A DNA stretch of 64,000 bases from an uncultured virus (IMG/VR IMGVR_UViG_3300040801_002299) (lineage: Duplodnaviria; Heunggongvirae; Uroviricota; Caudoviricetes). A program made the translations under genes and the position numbers. Numbering within the stretch: the stretch's first letter is position 1; each line of letters begins with the position of its first letter. The stretch lies in the IMG/VR virus record IMGVR_UViG_3300040801_002299. One strand, 5' to 3'. The notes under the pieces were generated by a model. The model had not been told where the DNA came from, searched no databases, and saw only the letters and a list, made by a program, of their open reading frames with translations. Positions 1 to 9,653 of this stretch are shown here, piece by piece.

Positions 1-234
1 CATCTTTGGGCAGGACACCCTGAAACCCAAACTATGAATCGTCCAACCATTTTACATGCGTGGCAAAATCTGCCTGCAGGTACAGTTTCTAATAATTACA
101 AAAGAAGATGGTGGGTTCCAATCTTCATTGGAAACTGTCACGATAAATATGAAGTTGAGTACTATGACAGAATAGCAGAAAATTGGAAAATGGATGTTAA
201 AATTAATTCTGTCTTGAAACCATACACATTATAA
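1..234 (+). CDS. hypothetical protein, probably 5'-truncated by the window edge
   Basis: Frame is open from base 1 to the stop at 234. Confidence 0.6.
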   Translation, partial: HLWAGHPETQTMNRPTILHAWQNLPAGTVSNNYKRRWWVPIFIGNCHDKYEVEYYDRIAENWKMDVKINSVLKPYTL

Positions 235-244
235 AATAATTGTT

Positions 245-529
245 ATGTTTATTGATGAAAAATTGCATTTACCTCTTTTATTATGGGCATCGTGTGAAAT
301 AGACGATGTTGCTATTGGTGATTATTTTGAAAATTATGGTTGTAATCATCTTGATGAACTTGTCTTTAATGGATATTTAGATCATAAGATTGTTGAGTCT
401 AATGACCCAGAGTGGAAACAAAAAGATAATCCATTATGGCATCCAAGCGGATATAAACAATTAAGATATACAATAACATTGAAAGGTATGTGGAGATTGC
501 ATTGCGGATTGGAGAAAATGAATACATAA
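245..529 (+). CDS. hypothetical protein, possible winged-helix-like C-terminus
   Basis: Ends YTITLKGMWRLH, similar to the end of the next ORF. Confidence 0.6.
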   Translation: MFIDEKLHLPLLLWASCEIDDVAIGDYFENYGCNHLDELVFNGYLDHKIVESNDPEWKQKDNPLWHPSGYKQLRYTITLKGMWRLHCGLEKMNT

Positions 530-789
530 TTTTGGACTTATTGTTCTCTTTATGTAACTCTTCATATATAGTAGATGAAATTTGTGTTTTGGAATATTAC
601 ATTAGAGAAATCAAAAAGTTAGACTCATACAATTCTAATGGTTTATCAGGTTATGGGATGGAGTTCTCAAAATCAATTGATCTTCTTCTAGAGAATGATA
701 TAATAGAATATGTAGAAAACAACTTATTGCGAATAAAGTTGAAAGCATTTTGGGTTTATCATATGAGAGGTAAAGTAGATGGAAATTAA
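490..789 (+). CDS. hypothetical protein, likely paralog of 245..529
   Basis: LLLENDIIEY...LRIKLKAFWVYH ending. Confidence 0.55.
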   Translation: MEIALRIGENEYIILDLLFSLCNSSYIVDEICVLEYYIREIKKLDSYNSNGLSGYGMEFSKSIDLLLENDIIEYVENNLLRIKLKAFWVYHMRGKVDGN

Positions 790-1621
790 GTGGGAAAATA
801 TTAATGATTGGGGACAAGAGATTTCAGTTCGTTTGGGATTTAATGAAGATGATGATCGATTCCCTCCAGAAGAAAGAAATCAATGGGTTTGTTGTAAAGA
901 AGTTTATAACATTGTTTGGGAAGCTATCAAAGAATGTTGTAAGTCTTGGAATATAATTAATCGCCCTCCCCATCACGTTGAACTTTCGTATGCTTGGGAA
1001 GAGAAAGTACCAAAACCCCCATTCCAATGTCGAAGAGATTTTTGGGAGATTTTCCGAAGAGCAAAAGTTGAAATTTCTGATTTTTACTTAGAGCATCTTG
1101 GTCGTTTACCTGATATACCAGAAATTCATGGAGCATTCCGACAAGCATTTACTGATCCAGACTTTGAATTTAATTATGATTTAGAATTTGGCACGGAAGA
1201 ATATCGCTTTGAAAACTATGAAAGACGCCAGCGTAGTGATGACATTGAATTGGCTAAGTTCGTAGAAATCGATAAATGTGTTTTTTGTGGAGAACCGGTG
1301 TATGTCTATTGTGAAGACATGCTATATAACGCTGGGGAAATTGAAATGCACTTTGGTTATGGCTCTCGTAGAGACACTGATTATGGAAAGGGGTATATCC
1401 ACGATATATGTTCTGCAAAGCTGGACCAAGAATTGTTCAAGAAACGCCTAAAATGGGGAGGTCCATTTGGACAAGGCGAAGACCACATTGTAGACATTCC
1501 AGCATCAGAAGAAAATGGAGAAATTGTTTTTGTTGACAAAGAAAATCTTAGACAAGAGAGATATGAAAAACACGGTCAAGAACTTTTAGATTTGATTAGA
1601 CCCGAAGATGAAGAAGATTGA
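779..1621 (+). CDS. hypothetical protein with CxxC...H..C putative Zn site
   Basis: 280-aa ORF overlapping neighbours; CVFC and HDIC motifs. Confidence 0.75.
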   Translation: MEIKWENINDWGQEISVRLGFNEDDDRFPPEERNQWVCCKEVYNIVWEAIKECCKSWNIINRPPHHVELSYAWEEKVPKPPFQCRRDFWEIFRRAKVEISDFYLEHLGRLPDIPEIHGAFRQAFTDPDFEFNYDLEFGTEEYRFENYERRQRSDDIELAKFVEIDKCVFCGEPVYVYCEDMLYNAGEIEMHFGYGSRRDTDYGKGYIHDICSAKLDQELFKKRLKWGGPFGQGEDHIVDIPASEENGEIVFVDKENLRQERYEKHGQELLDLIRPEDEED

Positions 1622-2006
1622 TCTCACTAAATATTTAAAGCCCAATACTTGTCTGTTGTGCCGAAAAGAAGTAATTGCAAATACAGATTCATGTATTTAT
1701 TATAAGAATGTTTTTGCTCATGTTAAGTGTGCAGAAGATTTAGATATAAGCTTTATGGATTATGTCGATAAGTGTGAATCTGGAGATGCTTCTGTTATTC
1801 CAGACTATTTTTATTGCTATGAAAGAAAATCTTATAAGGATATACATCTCTGTCCTTACTGGCGAAAAAATCGAAACAAGCCTTTACACGAGAATGGGTG
1901 CTGCTTATTCTTAGACCAAGAAGATGATGGAAAATCAACTTCTCTTCTTTGGGATCAAGTTAAGGAATGTGGAGAAAATGAACGAGAGGATGAGTGTCTG
2001 GAATGA
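1608..2006 (+). CDS. Cys-rich hypothetical protein
   Basis: CLLC, HVKC, CPYW, LWDQVKECG motifs. Confidence 0.7.
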   Translation: MKKIDLTKYLKPNTCLLCRKEVIANTDSCIYYKNVFAHVKCAEDLDISFMDYVDKCESGDASVIPDYFYCYERKSYKDIHLCPYWRKNRNKPLHENGCCLFLDQEDDGKSTSLLWDQVKECGENEREDECLE

Positions 2007-2371
2007 TCCGATTTATCAACTACATACTTTTCTTTGTAGCATCTTACAAGTTTTGGGTTGCAGTTGATCCTTCAGCATCGACCGCCTGGTTAATTCTTGC
2101 AATTTATTGTGCATGCTTTTCTGTATATGAATATGCAGTACGTTATACATTATGGATTCTCTATAACTATAGAACACTGGTCGCATATCGCTTTCAAATG
2201 AATCCAAAGACTGATGAAGAACTATGGGAAGAACTTGCTGGTTGTAATGGAGGATTGCCAAAAGATCATCCAGATTGGTGGGAAGGTCAAGAAGATGAAT
2301 ATTGGGAGAGTACAGATGAAGACAGTGATCGCAGGATCCAGAACAATAAAAGATCAGACGATAGTCGATAA
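1994..2371 (+). CDS. hypothetical membrane protein
   Basis: Two hydrophobic N-terminal segments, acidic tail. Confidence 0.65.
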   Translation: MSGMIRFINYILFFVASYKFWVAVDPSASTAWLILAIYCACFSVYEYAVRYTLWILYNYRTLVAYRFQMNPKTDEELWEELAGCNGGLPKDHPDWWEGQEDEYWESTDEDSDRRIQNNKRSDDSR

Positions 2372-2684
2372 AGTCGTAAAATCTTCAGGATTCAAAGTCT
2401 CAGAAGTTATCTGTGGGTGTGCTCCTGGTGTTGACACTCTTGGTGAGATATGGGCTAAAGAAAATAATATAAGTTTAGCATATTATCCTGCAGACTGGAA
2501 CACTTACGGTAAGGCGGCAGGCCATATAAGAAATGGTCAAATGGCAGATAACGCCGATGCTGTTATTGTCATTTGGGATGGAGAAAGCCCTGGATCTAGA
2601 AACATGATCAAACAAGCAAAAAAGAGAAACTTATTGCTATTTGAATACGTCTATAAAGAAGAAGAACTTGATTTTGAGTTTTAA
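2316..2684 (+). CDS. YspA/DUF2493-like SLOG family protein
   Basis: MKTVIAGSR, GCAPGVD, ADWNTYGKAAGHIRN, WDGESPGSRNMI motifs; start moved to ATG 2316. Confidence 0.85.
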   Translation: MKTVIAGSRTIKDQTIVDKVVKSSGFKVSEVICGCAPGVDTLGEIWAKENNISLAYYPADWNTYGKAAGHIRNGQMADNADAVIVIWDGESPGSRNMIKQAKKRNLLLFEYVYKEEELDFEF

Positions 2685-3070
2685 GGTGTTTCGTTGTCTG
2701 AAAAATCTCTTAGGGTATTTCTAATGGCAGTTCCAATTTCCATTTCAGATAAACGCTTAACGTCAGACTTAATTTCACTTATATCAGATTGTAAATTCAA
2801 AATGTTTGCATTATAAACAGCAACATTAGTCTTAAGATCATTGTAATCTTTTCTTAAGGAATCAAGCTCTCTACTTAAATCTGAAATTCTAGTATGAAGC
2901 ACTGCTTTATCTTCTTCATGAGTTTCAGTTATCTCAGTCATATTAGTTTGAACATTATTGTATCGTTCATCGCTGCTTTCAGTATAAAGATTTAAAATTG
3001 TTGTCCCTAAAGCCATTATAACGGCTATGACGACCGTTATATTGACACTAATAGTTTTAAAGTCGGCCAT
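2681..3070 (-). CDS. membrane-anchored coiled-coil protein
   Basis: GGAGA SD, N-terminal TM helix, heptad pattern. Confidence 0.7.
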   Translation of the reverse strand: MADFKTISVNITVVIAVIMALGTTILNLYTESSDERYNNVQTNMTEITETHEEDKAVLHTRISDLSRELDSLRKDYNDLKTNVAVYNANILNLQSDISEIKSDVKRLSEMEIGTAIRNTLRDFSDNETP

Positions 3071-3107
3071 CCAAATCTCCTTAAGTTAATCTACATTATT
3101 TATATTC

Positions 3108-3134
3108 TTGACAATCCAATAATGTGACTATAAT
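3108..3134 (+). promoter_or_regulatory. sigma70-like promoter TTGACA-N15-TATAAT
   Basis: Exact consensus hexamers; same class at 7907, 8896, 9606, 24993, 28378, 29804. Confidence 0.75.
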
Positions 3135-3160
3135 GAGCAGCAGAAAGAGAGGGGCATGAC

Positions 3161-3583
3161 ATGTCTGACTATGATGCTTGTGAACGCTACGTTGTCGAAA
3201 CTGAAATGGATGAGTTCATTCGATATTGTCGCGTTTTTGCATTTTGCAACTTTGAGCTATCTTTGGATCCTAACGTTTCCATGGAGCAGAAAGACGAACT
3301 GATTGATGAGCGAATCGATTCTTCTATGCATATGATGTATAGCGATGAGCTTGATATGTTTATCACCCTCGATAAGGTTGAACAACTCCTTAACATCTAT
3401 ATGAAATATGACGCGATTGATGAACTGCATTATTTTGATAATATGGTTGTGCTTATGGAAGCACTAAAAACTATTACTATGCAGATCATCATGGATGGAT
3501 ATAGCAAACTCGTTGATGAAGGAAAGGCTGTCATGTACGCCACTGAAGACGGCGACGTTGGGTTTAAGGCTGTTGATCGATAA
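3161..3583 (+). CDS. acidic hypothetical protein
   Basis: Downstream of promoter, GAGGGG SD. Confidence 0.75.
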   Translation: MSDYDACERYVVETEMDEFIRYCRVFAFCNFELSLDPNVSMEQKDELIDERIDSSMHMMYSDELDMFITLDKVEQLLNIYMKYDAIDELHYFDNMVVLMEALKTITMQIIMDGYSKLVDEGKAVMYATEDGDVGFKAVDR

Positions 3584-3654
3584 TACCTTGACTGTTCGAA
3601 TCTATCCCATAGAATGAGAATCCAAAGTTTAAACAACTCGTTAAAGGAGAAACT

Positions 3655-4194
3655 ATGAGTAAGGGATTTATCGCAACGCTGGCTATCGTTGGCGTTTTAT
3701 TGATTGGCATCATCACAGTTGGTGTGATGTATGTATCTGCAAGCAACACTGAAGTTCGCTTACGTAATCAGGCTGAAGCAATCCAGCTTGATAACCAAAA
3801 CGAGTTTGACAATATGTGGAAGACCATTTCACAAACTACTCAAGTGACTGCTGCTGAACGGGAATCAGTTGAGCGTATTATTCTTGCTCATGCTGAAGCT
3901 CGTGGTACTGGCGGCGGAACTTTTATCAATGCTGTTCGTGAGTCGATGCCAAATGTTGACAGTACCACTTTTCAGAATCTACAAAATATTATTGTCGCTG
4001 CTCGTGATCGATTTACTGGTAGACAGAGACAGCTTATTGATATCAAGAGAGAACATGATAATCTCTTGATGACTTTCCCAAGTAGCCTGTTCGTTGGTGG
4101 GCGAGGTAGACTTGAAATTACTGTCGTTACATCTACTCGCACCGAGGAAACGTTTAGGTCTGGTCAAGATAACGACATTGATCTTGAACTCTGA
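3655..4194 (+). CDS. LemA-like membrane-anchored helical protein
   Basis: N-terminal TM; LQNIIVAARDRF...EHDNLLMTFPSSLF resembles the LemA C-terminus; AAGGAG SD. Confidence 0.65.
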   Translation: MSKGFIATLAIVGVLLIGIITVGVMYVSASNTEVRLRNQAEAIQLDNQNEFDNMWKTISQTTQVTAAERESVERIILAHAEARGTGGGTFINAVRESMPNVDSTTFQNLQNIIVAARDRFTGRQRQLIDIKREHDNLLMTFPSSLFVGGRGRLEITVVTSTRTEETFRSGQDNDIDLEL

Positions 4195-4220
4195 TTAATC
4201 TGTAACTAAAGGATCTTGCC

Positions 4221-5393
4221 ATGATGTTTTTATATCTACTAGCACTTCTTCCAGTAACGATTGGTGCAGTGCTATGGATCTTCCACAAAAAAGTTGTATG
4301 GTGGGAATGGCTTATTGGTTGTGCTATTGCTTTCATCACTTCTGGTATATTTCACTTTGCAGTCGTATATGGTATGACTGCTGATAGTGAAACGTGGAGC
4401 GGTCAAGTTCATAGTGCTCACCATGAGCCATATTGGTACGCAGAATGGCAAGAACTTGAAACATATACTGTCACTGTCGGGTCTGGATCAAATGCACGCA
4501 CAGAAACCAGAACCCGATGGGTGACACGTTCAGAAACCCATCACCCAGAGTGGTGGGTACAAACCAGTGTTGGTCGAATCTCCATTGGTGAAGGAAAATA
4601 TGCTGAACTTAGGTCTAGGTTTGGACAAGAAGTAAGCACTCCTGGTCATAGACCAAATTTCCAACGTGGCGATAGAAATGATTATCGTTTGGTCAATGTC
4701 AATAGTTGGGCTGAGCCAGTAAATGTATGGAGAACCTGGGAGAACCGACTTCAAGCAGCACCATCCACGTTCACTTTTCCAGATGTACCTGAAGGGACTC
4801 CAGTATTTGAATATCCAGAGAATGGTAATCCATTCAGATCTGATAGACTCTTGGGTAGAGCGAATGCTATCGATTTGCTAGAGTTTGATCGCATGAATGG
4901 TCGTCTTGGTCCATCTATGAAAGTTAATGTTATCATCATTGGCTTTCCGTCTGATGCTCCACAGTCTCTAGCTCAACATCAAGAAGCACATTGGTTTGGG
5001 GGTGAGAAGAATGATCTTGTTCTTTGTTATGGTGGAGGTCAAGGAACAACTGCATCGTGGTCTTATGTCTTTGGTTGGACAGAAGAAGAGTTAGTAAAGA
5101 GAAATCTAGAAACTATTCTTTTGAATAATCCAATTGATACGAGCATTCTACCCCTTCTGGAACAAGAGATTCGTGAGAATTACGAGATTCGTGATTGGTC
5201 GCAGTTTGACTATATCAGCATTGAACCCCCAACATGGTCATACTTTGTATTGCTTCTTACTATGGCGATAACCCAGACTGGATTCTGGTTGTGGGCTCAC
5301 TTCAATAATCTTGATAAAGACAATGCTGGGTTAGAATCATTTGGAAAAAAGAGAAATAAGAGAACTTACATTAATCCATTTAGAAAGTATTAA
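4221..5393 (+). CDS. membrane protein, probable partner of the LemA-like protein
   Basis: Two N-terminal TMs, large soluble domain, C-terminal TM. Confidence 0.75.
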   Translation: MMFLYLLALLPVTIGAVLWIFHKKVVWWEWLIGCAIAFITSGIFHFAVVYGMTADSETWSGQVHSAHHEPYWYAEWQELETYTVTVGSGSNARTETRTRWVTRSETHHPEWWVQTSVGRISIGEGKYAELRSRFGQEVSTPGHRPNFQRGDRNDYRLVNVNSWAEPVNVWRTWENRLQAAPSTFTFPDVPEGTPVFEYPENGNPFRSDRLLGRANAIDLLEFDRMNGRLGPSMKVNVIIIGFPSDAPQSLAQHQEAHWFGGEKNDLVLCYGGGQGTTASWSYVFGWTEEELVKRNLETILLNNPIDTSILPLLEQEIRENYEIRDWSQFDYISIEPPTWSYFVLLLTMAITQTGFWLWAHFNNLDKDNAGLESFGKKRNKRTYINPFRKY

Positions 5394-5460
5394 TTTCTTC
5401 TTTACTATAGAGCATTTTTAAATACAATGTAGTAAAGAAACTCAATGATCGGAGATAGTT

Positions 5461-5895
5461 ATGGGGTTAGGGATTGGTAAGCCAAGTAGTTCACAATTTG
5501 ACATGGGTAGTTCAGATCGACGCCCTGATACTTACAAAGAAGTGACTCTACCAAACCCTAACCCCATGAACTATCAAATTTTAAAGTCAGAACAAGTTGG
5601 TCATGCACTTGTTGTTATGATCCAATATCCAGACTGCACAAATTTTGAAGGTAAAAAGATTTGTGTGTTCAGATGTACTTTAGAACAATTGATGGATCAA
5701 AAAGCAATTGATCCTCATTTTTGTGACGATGGAACACAGACTGTTCCTTTCATAGATGACGATGAAGTATCTGTCATTTGTCCATATGCTAGATTCAAAC
5801 CAACAAAGTATGGGTGGGAAATGGCTATGGTTATTGCCAATAAAATCAATGAAGATTATGAAGGTTATCTTCGTGCATCATGGGGAATATATTAA
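5461..5895 (+). CDS. phage hypothetical protein
   Basis: PNPNP...YPDCTNFEGKKI...DPHF...ARF.PT..GW pattern; GGAGA SD. Confidence 0.75.
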   Translation: MGLGIGKPSSSQFDMGSSDRRPDTYKEVTLPNPNPMNYQILKSEQVGHALVVMIQYPDCTNFEGKKICVFRCTLEQLMDQKAIDPHFCDDGTQTVPFIDDDEVSVICPYARFKPTKYGWEMAMVIANKINEDYEGYLRASWGIY

Positions 5896-6785
5896 TGAAT
5901 GAAAATCAAGATCGTATTTTAGAGAAGTTCATGGATATATTTGGACCTACAAATCTTGATGAACGTTTTGCTGATATCAAAACCCAACATGATGCCTTGC
6001 AACGATTCTCCTCAATGGAAGAACTTAAGTTGCGTTTGGGTAATCTTATATGTTCTTCTATGCAATTAGCCAGTGAATGTGGATGGAATGTTGATGTCCT
6101 CATTGATAATACTTTTTATCATATCGAGGAAATTCGTTCGCATTATGAATCTCTTGGTAGGAAACTTAATATTGCCTTAATGGGAGGCAGTTTCAATCCT
6201 CCACACAAAGGACATGTCCAGTTTGCTAAAGCCATTCTTGACAATTCTGGATTTATTGATGAAGTCTGGATGATGCCATGCAATCAGAGTCGTTATGGTA
6301 AAGATCTTGTCTATGGTGAACATAGAATCCAAATGTGTAAGCTTGCTATTGGCAATGATACACGTATTAAAGTTTGTGATTGGGAAATTACAAATGGAAC
6401 TGGTGGAGAAACATACAAAGTTATGAAAGCATTCATGTCTGAACCTGAATTCAAGAAGTACAATTTTTACTTCTCCATTGGTCTTGACAATGCATACAAG
6501 GCTCCTAGTTGGGTCAATTGGCCTTGGCTTGAGAAGTTTGCAAGATTCTTAATTGTTCCACGAAAAGGGGTCGAACGTCGAGACGATATTGATTGGTTCA
6601 AGAAACGTCCACATGTTTGTTTAGATGAAGTTGAAGTAATGGAAGCATCTTCTTCTGACGTAAAGAAACTTCTTGAGAATGATGACCCTCGCGTATATGA
6701 TGTAATGGAACAAGTGGTTCTTCGTTATATTTCTGCTGCTAATCTCTATGGAGTAGGACCTGGAAAATATAAGGAAATATTATGA
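5895..6785 (+). CDS. nadD: nicotinate/nicotinamide mononucleotide adenylyltransferase with extra N-terminal MazG-like helical domain
   Basis: GGSFNPPHKGH (HxGH), HRIQM, IGLDN...W..W, SSSDVK. Confidence 0.85.
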   Translation: MNENQDRILEKFMDIFGPTNLDERFADIKTQHDALQRFSSMEELKLRLGNLICSSMQLASECGWNVDVLIDNTFYHIEEIRSHYESLGRKLNIALMGGSFNPPHKGHVQFAKAILDNSGFIDEVWMMPCNQSRYGKDLVYGEHRIQMCKLAIGNDTRIKVCDWEITNGTGGETYKVMKAFMSEPEFKKYNFYFSIGLDNAYKAPSWVNWPWLEKFARFLIVPRKGVERRDDIDWFKKRPHVCLDEVEVMEASSSDVKKLLENDDPRVYDVMEQVVLRYISAANLYGVGPGKYKEIL

Positions 6786-7021
6786 AATTATTTAACTTTA
6801 AACTAATTAAAACTGAAGGCGATGGATTCGATAAAATATTCTATGCTGAAGTTGAAGTTCAAACTGGATTTCTTTTCTGGAAAAAGACTGAAAAGAGAGA
6901 AATCTGTAAAAGATACACGCAACCTTTTTGGTCCTTTAAAGACACTGGAAAATTTTGTCCATCAGTGCAAGCAGAAGAATTAGCCAGAGCTTATAGCTAT
7001 CAGAACAATGTGAGCTTTTAA
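6782..7021 (+). CDS. hypothetical protein
   Basis: Translationally coupled to both neighbours. Confidence 0.65.
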   Translation: MKLFNFKLIKTEGDGFDKIFYAEVEVQTGFLFWKKTEKREICKRYTQPFWSFKDTGKFCPSVQAEELARAYSYQNNVSF

Positions 7022-7902
7022 TGAATATTCTTATTGTCCATAAAACCCCAAAGATTGAATCTATTGACCCAGAAGTTCTTCAGCGGTTTTATGATGCTGG
7101 AATCACTACTCCTGAAGATATGGAGAAAAGTGCAGAGACACATAATGAATGCTTAGAACATGTGTGTAAGCATCTAAACCTAATGAGAATTAAATATGCA
7201 AAAGTATCTCTAAAATCTTTTGATAGTTTTACTAAGGTTCACGACATCAATAAATTTGATCTTATCATCACTGTTGGTGGAGATGGAACTGTTCTTGGTG
7301 CGTCTCGACATATATTGGATAATCCTGTTCTCGCTATCAATTCTGATAGTAAGAATTCCATTGGTGCATTGACGCGATATACCATTGAAGACTGGTTTAT
7401 TGGTTTTACTAATTTCGTTAATTATTCTGATTCAGACGATGCCTATGGTCTTATCTGGCGTTTACAGCTTCAGACAAAGAATATTAAGAAAGTTTTTCTG
7501 AATGACATTCTCCTAACCAACGAGAATCCAGCAGCGATGAGCATATATCGTGTTATATGGCCGGGCATGGAAGAGAATCAAAACTCTTCTGGTGTTTGGA
7601 TTAGTACAGCAAGTGGTTCGACTGGAGGGTTCCAGTCTGCTGGTGGTATTCCATGTGATAGAAATGAAAAGGCTTTGTTGTGGAAAGTTCGTGAGCCATG
7701 CAAAGTAAAATCCCGACCATGGGTTGTCGATGCTTGGCAACGTGGCGATGATGTATTTGCTAAGGTAATAGCTATTACCCCTCTATCTGCCTATGTAGAT
7801 GGGTCGCATGATGTTATTCATATTGATCCTGGAGATTGGATTGAAGTAAGCATGTCTAATAAACCATTACGTTTGTTTACGATGTGTGACTCAGAGAAAT
7901 AA
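7021..7902 (+). CDS. nadK: NAD(+) kinase
   Basis: GGDGT, LND and STASGSTG motifs. Confidence 0.9.
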   Translation: MNILIVHKTPKIESIDPEVLQRFYDAGITTPEDMEKSAETHNECLEHVCKHLNLMRIKYAKVSLKSFDSFTKVHDINKFDLIITVGGDGTVLGASRHILDNPVLAINSDSKNSIGALTRYTIEDWFIGFTNFVNYSDSDDAYGLIWRLQLQTKNIKKVFLNDILLTNENPAAMSIYRVIWPGMEENQNSSGVWISTASGSTGGFQSAGGIPCDRNEKALLWKVREPCKVKSRPWVVDAWQRGDDVFAKVIAITPLSAYVDGSHDVIHIDPGDWIEVSMSNKPLRLFTMCDSEK

Positions 7903-7954
7903 TATATTGACTAACCTAATTTGGGATGTATAATTCGCCCATAAGGAGAGATCG

Positions 7955-8200
7955 ATGGACGATTCCCATATCCCGAGAAGAGCAAATGATGAAGATGCTG
8001 TTGTCCTTGGTGTTTGTGCTGGTCTTGCAGACCATTTTGATCGTGATGCTACCCTAGTTAGGATCGCTCTTATTGTCTTTTTTATTGTGGCTTTCTTTCC
8101 CACTCTTTTTGCATATTTCATCTTGGCATTATTTATGAGAAATCCGCAAAAAGAAATAACGCATGAGGATCTTGACAAAGATGAGTGTCCGTACAGGTGA
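7955..8200 (+). CDS. pspC: PspC domain protein
   Basis: GVCAGLADHF..D.TLVR plus TM; own promoter at 7907. Confidence 0.85.
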   Translation: MDDSHIPRRANDEDAVVLGVCAGLADHFDRDATLVRIALIVFFIVAFFPTLFAYFILALFMRNPQKEITHEDLDKDECPYR

Positions 8201-8885
8201 CTTTGTATTTCGCCGAGGGAAAATGCTATTTAATAGAATAGGTCCCATCAAAGCAATAAAACAAAAACCAAATTACTATTATGGAGAAGTAAACGAAGAG
8301 ACCGGTCTTCTAGAAAAAACTTCTAATGACAGATCCCCTGAGAAAAGAGGGCTATGGGCATTTCCTTACCCAATTTTTGATCCCTTTTTTGTTTCTGGAT
8401 TTTGGGATTCTGGATGCGAAGATAAGAAAGTTCCAGTAAAAGAGACCTTACGACGAAAGATCATTAAGCGTCTCAAGGGTTTAAAGTCTAGACATAAATT
8501 ATTAGTGGAAAGAAATCATAAATTTGATAAGTATGATGCTGAAGATATTAAGTGTGAAATTGATGGGCTTGAAGAAGCAATTGAAACTGGGTTTATTGAA
8601 CAATGGAGAAAGAAATTAATAACCAATTCTCCTAAGACCCAAAAATTCTGGTGGGGTGGCGAAGTATACGCACATTTTGCCCCTAAAGGATCGTATCCAT
8701 CTATCAAAGACGAATGGTTTTGTTATCCTGATGTGTATTCATATTTGGAGCAACTGCGAAAGCATCTGATCCAAAATTGTGAACATGGTAAATGTATCGT
8801 TAATGGAATTAAGTCATCAGAACGTCATATTTCTTTTGGTCTTTCTGCTGACCATTTAGACGTTTTCATTCCTTACAGAGGATGA
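8163..8885 (+). CDS. hypothetical protein
   Basis: 240-aa ORF; true start possibly 8181. Confidence 0.7.
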   Translation: MRILTKMSVRTGDFVFRRGKMLFNRIGPIKAIKQKPNYYYGEVNEETGLLEKTSNDRSPEKRGLWAFPYPIFDPFFVSGFWDSGCEDKKVPVKETLRRKIIKRLKGLKSRHKLLVERNHKFDKYDAEDIKCEIDGLEEAIETGFIEQWRKKLITNSPKTQKFWWGGEVYAHFAPKGSYPSIKDEWFCYPDVYSYLEQLRKHLIQNCEHGKCIVNGIKSSERHISFGLSADHLDVFIPYRG

Positions 8886-8944
8886 AAATTAATTCTTGAC
8901 AATTAAAAAACTTTTGATATCATTCACCCATAAGGGAGATTTTT

Positions 8945-9622
8945 ATGACATTAACAAAACAGATTAATGATGACACCATGAATCATGTTCTTACTAAGCT
9001 CAAGTATGTTGAGGGTAGTAAGATTTATATTGGTGATGCTAATGCCATCACTGGCAGTTCAGCCCGAGTTATTATTGAAGCTTTTTCTGAATTAGGTAAA
9101 GAAGTAAAGCGTTGTAAGATGGTAAAGAATGGTCAATGCTATGGTGCATTGCTCAATGTTGAACCTATTGTAGCAGAAGACCGTAACTGTACGATTCGTA
9201 AAGATCCAAAGTGGACTCCACCAATTCCATCAGTGGTCCGTGAACATGCAGTGACACCATTAGCTTATTCTGAATTTGGGAAAATGGAAATAATGACATT
9301 CTGGGTTGTGGCAAATGGCTCATATATCAAAGATCCTAAAAGAGATAAGGATCGTGGATATAGAGGAGTGTGGATGGTCATTGAAGACACTTTTGGTCGT
9401 AGATTTGTCACTGTTCGTCCTGAACATTGGGATAATGGTAAGGTCAATGTCGATCCTAGCAACGAAGGTCCATATTATGGGAGAGTTAAGATCAGCGACA
9501 ATACTACGAGAATTGAACCTGGATTAAAATACATTAATCTTTATGAAGTTGAGTTGTATGATTCTGCCGAAGCTTCTCAGCTTGCAGATTCCTTAGAATA
9601 TCTTCTTGACTTTAAAGACTGA
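8945..9622 (+). CDS. hypothetical protein
   Basis: Promoter at 8896 and GGGAG SD. Confidence 0.75.
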   Translation: MTLTKQINDDTMNHVLTKLKYVEGSKIYIGDANAITGSSARVIIEAFSELGKEVKRCKMVKNGQCYGALLNVEPIVAEDRNCTIRKDPKWTPPIPSVVREHAVTPLAYSEFGKMEIMTFWVVANGSYIKDPKRDKDRGYRGVWMVIEDTFGRRFVTVRPEHWDNGKVNVDPSNEGPYYGRVKISDNTTRIEPGLKYINLYEVELYDSAEASQLADSLEYLLDFKD

Positions 9623-9653
9623 TTCTGTATAATTCGCACAGAAGGAGAAACAA

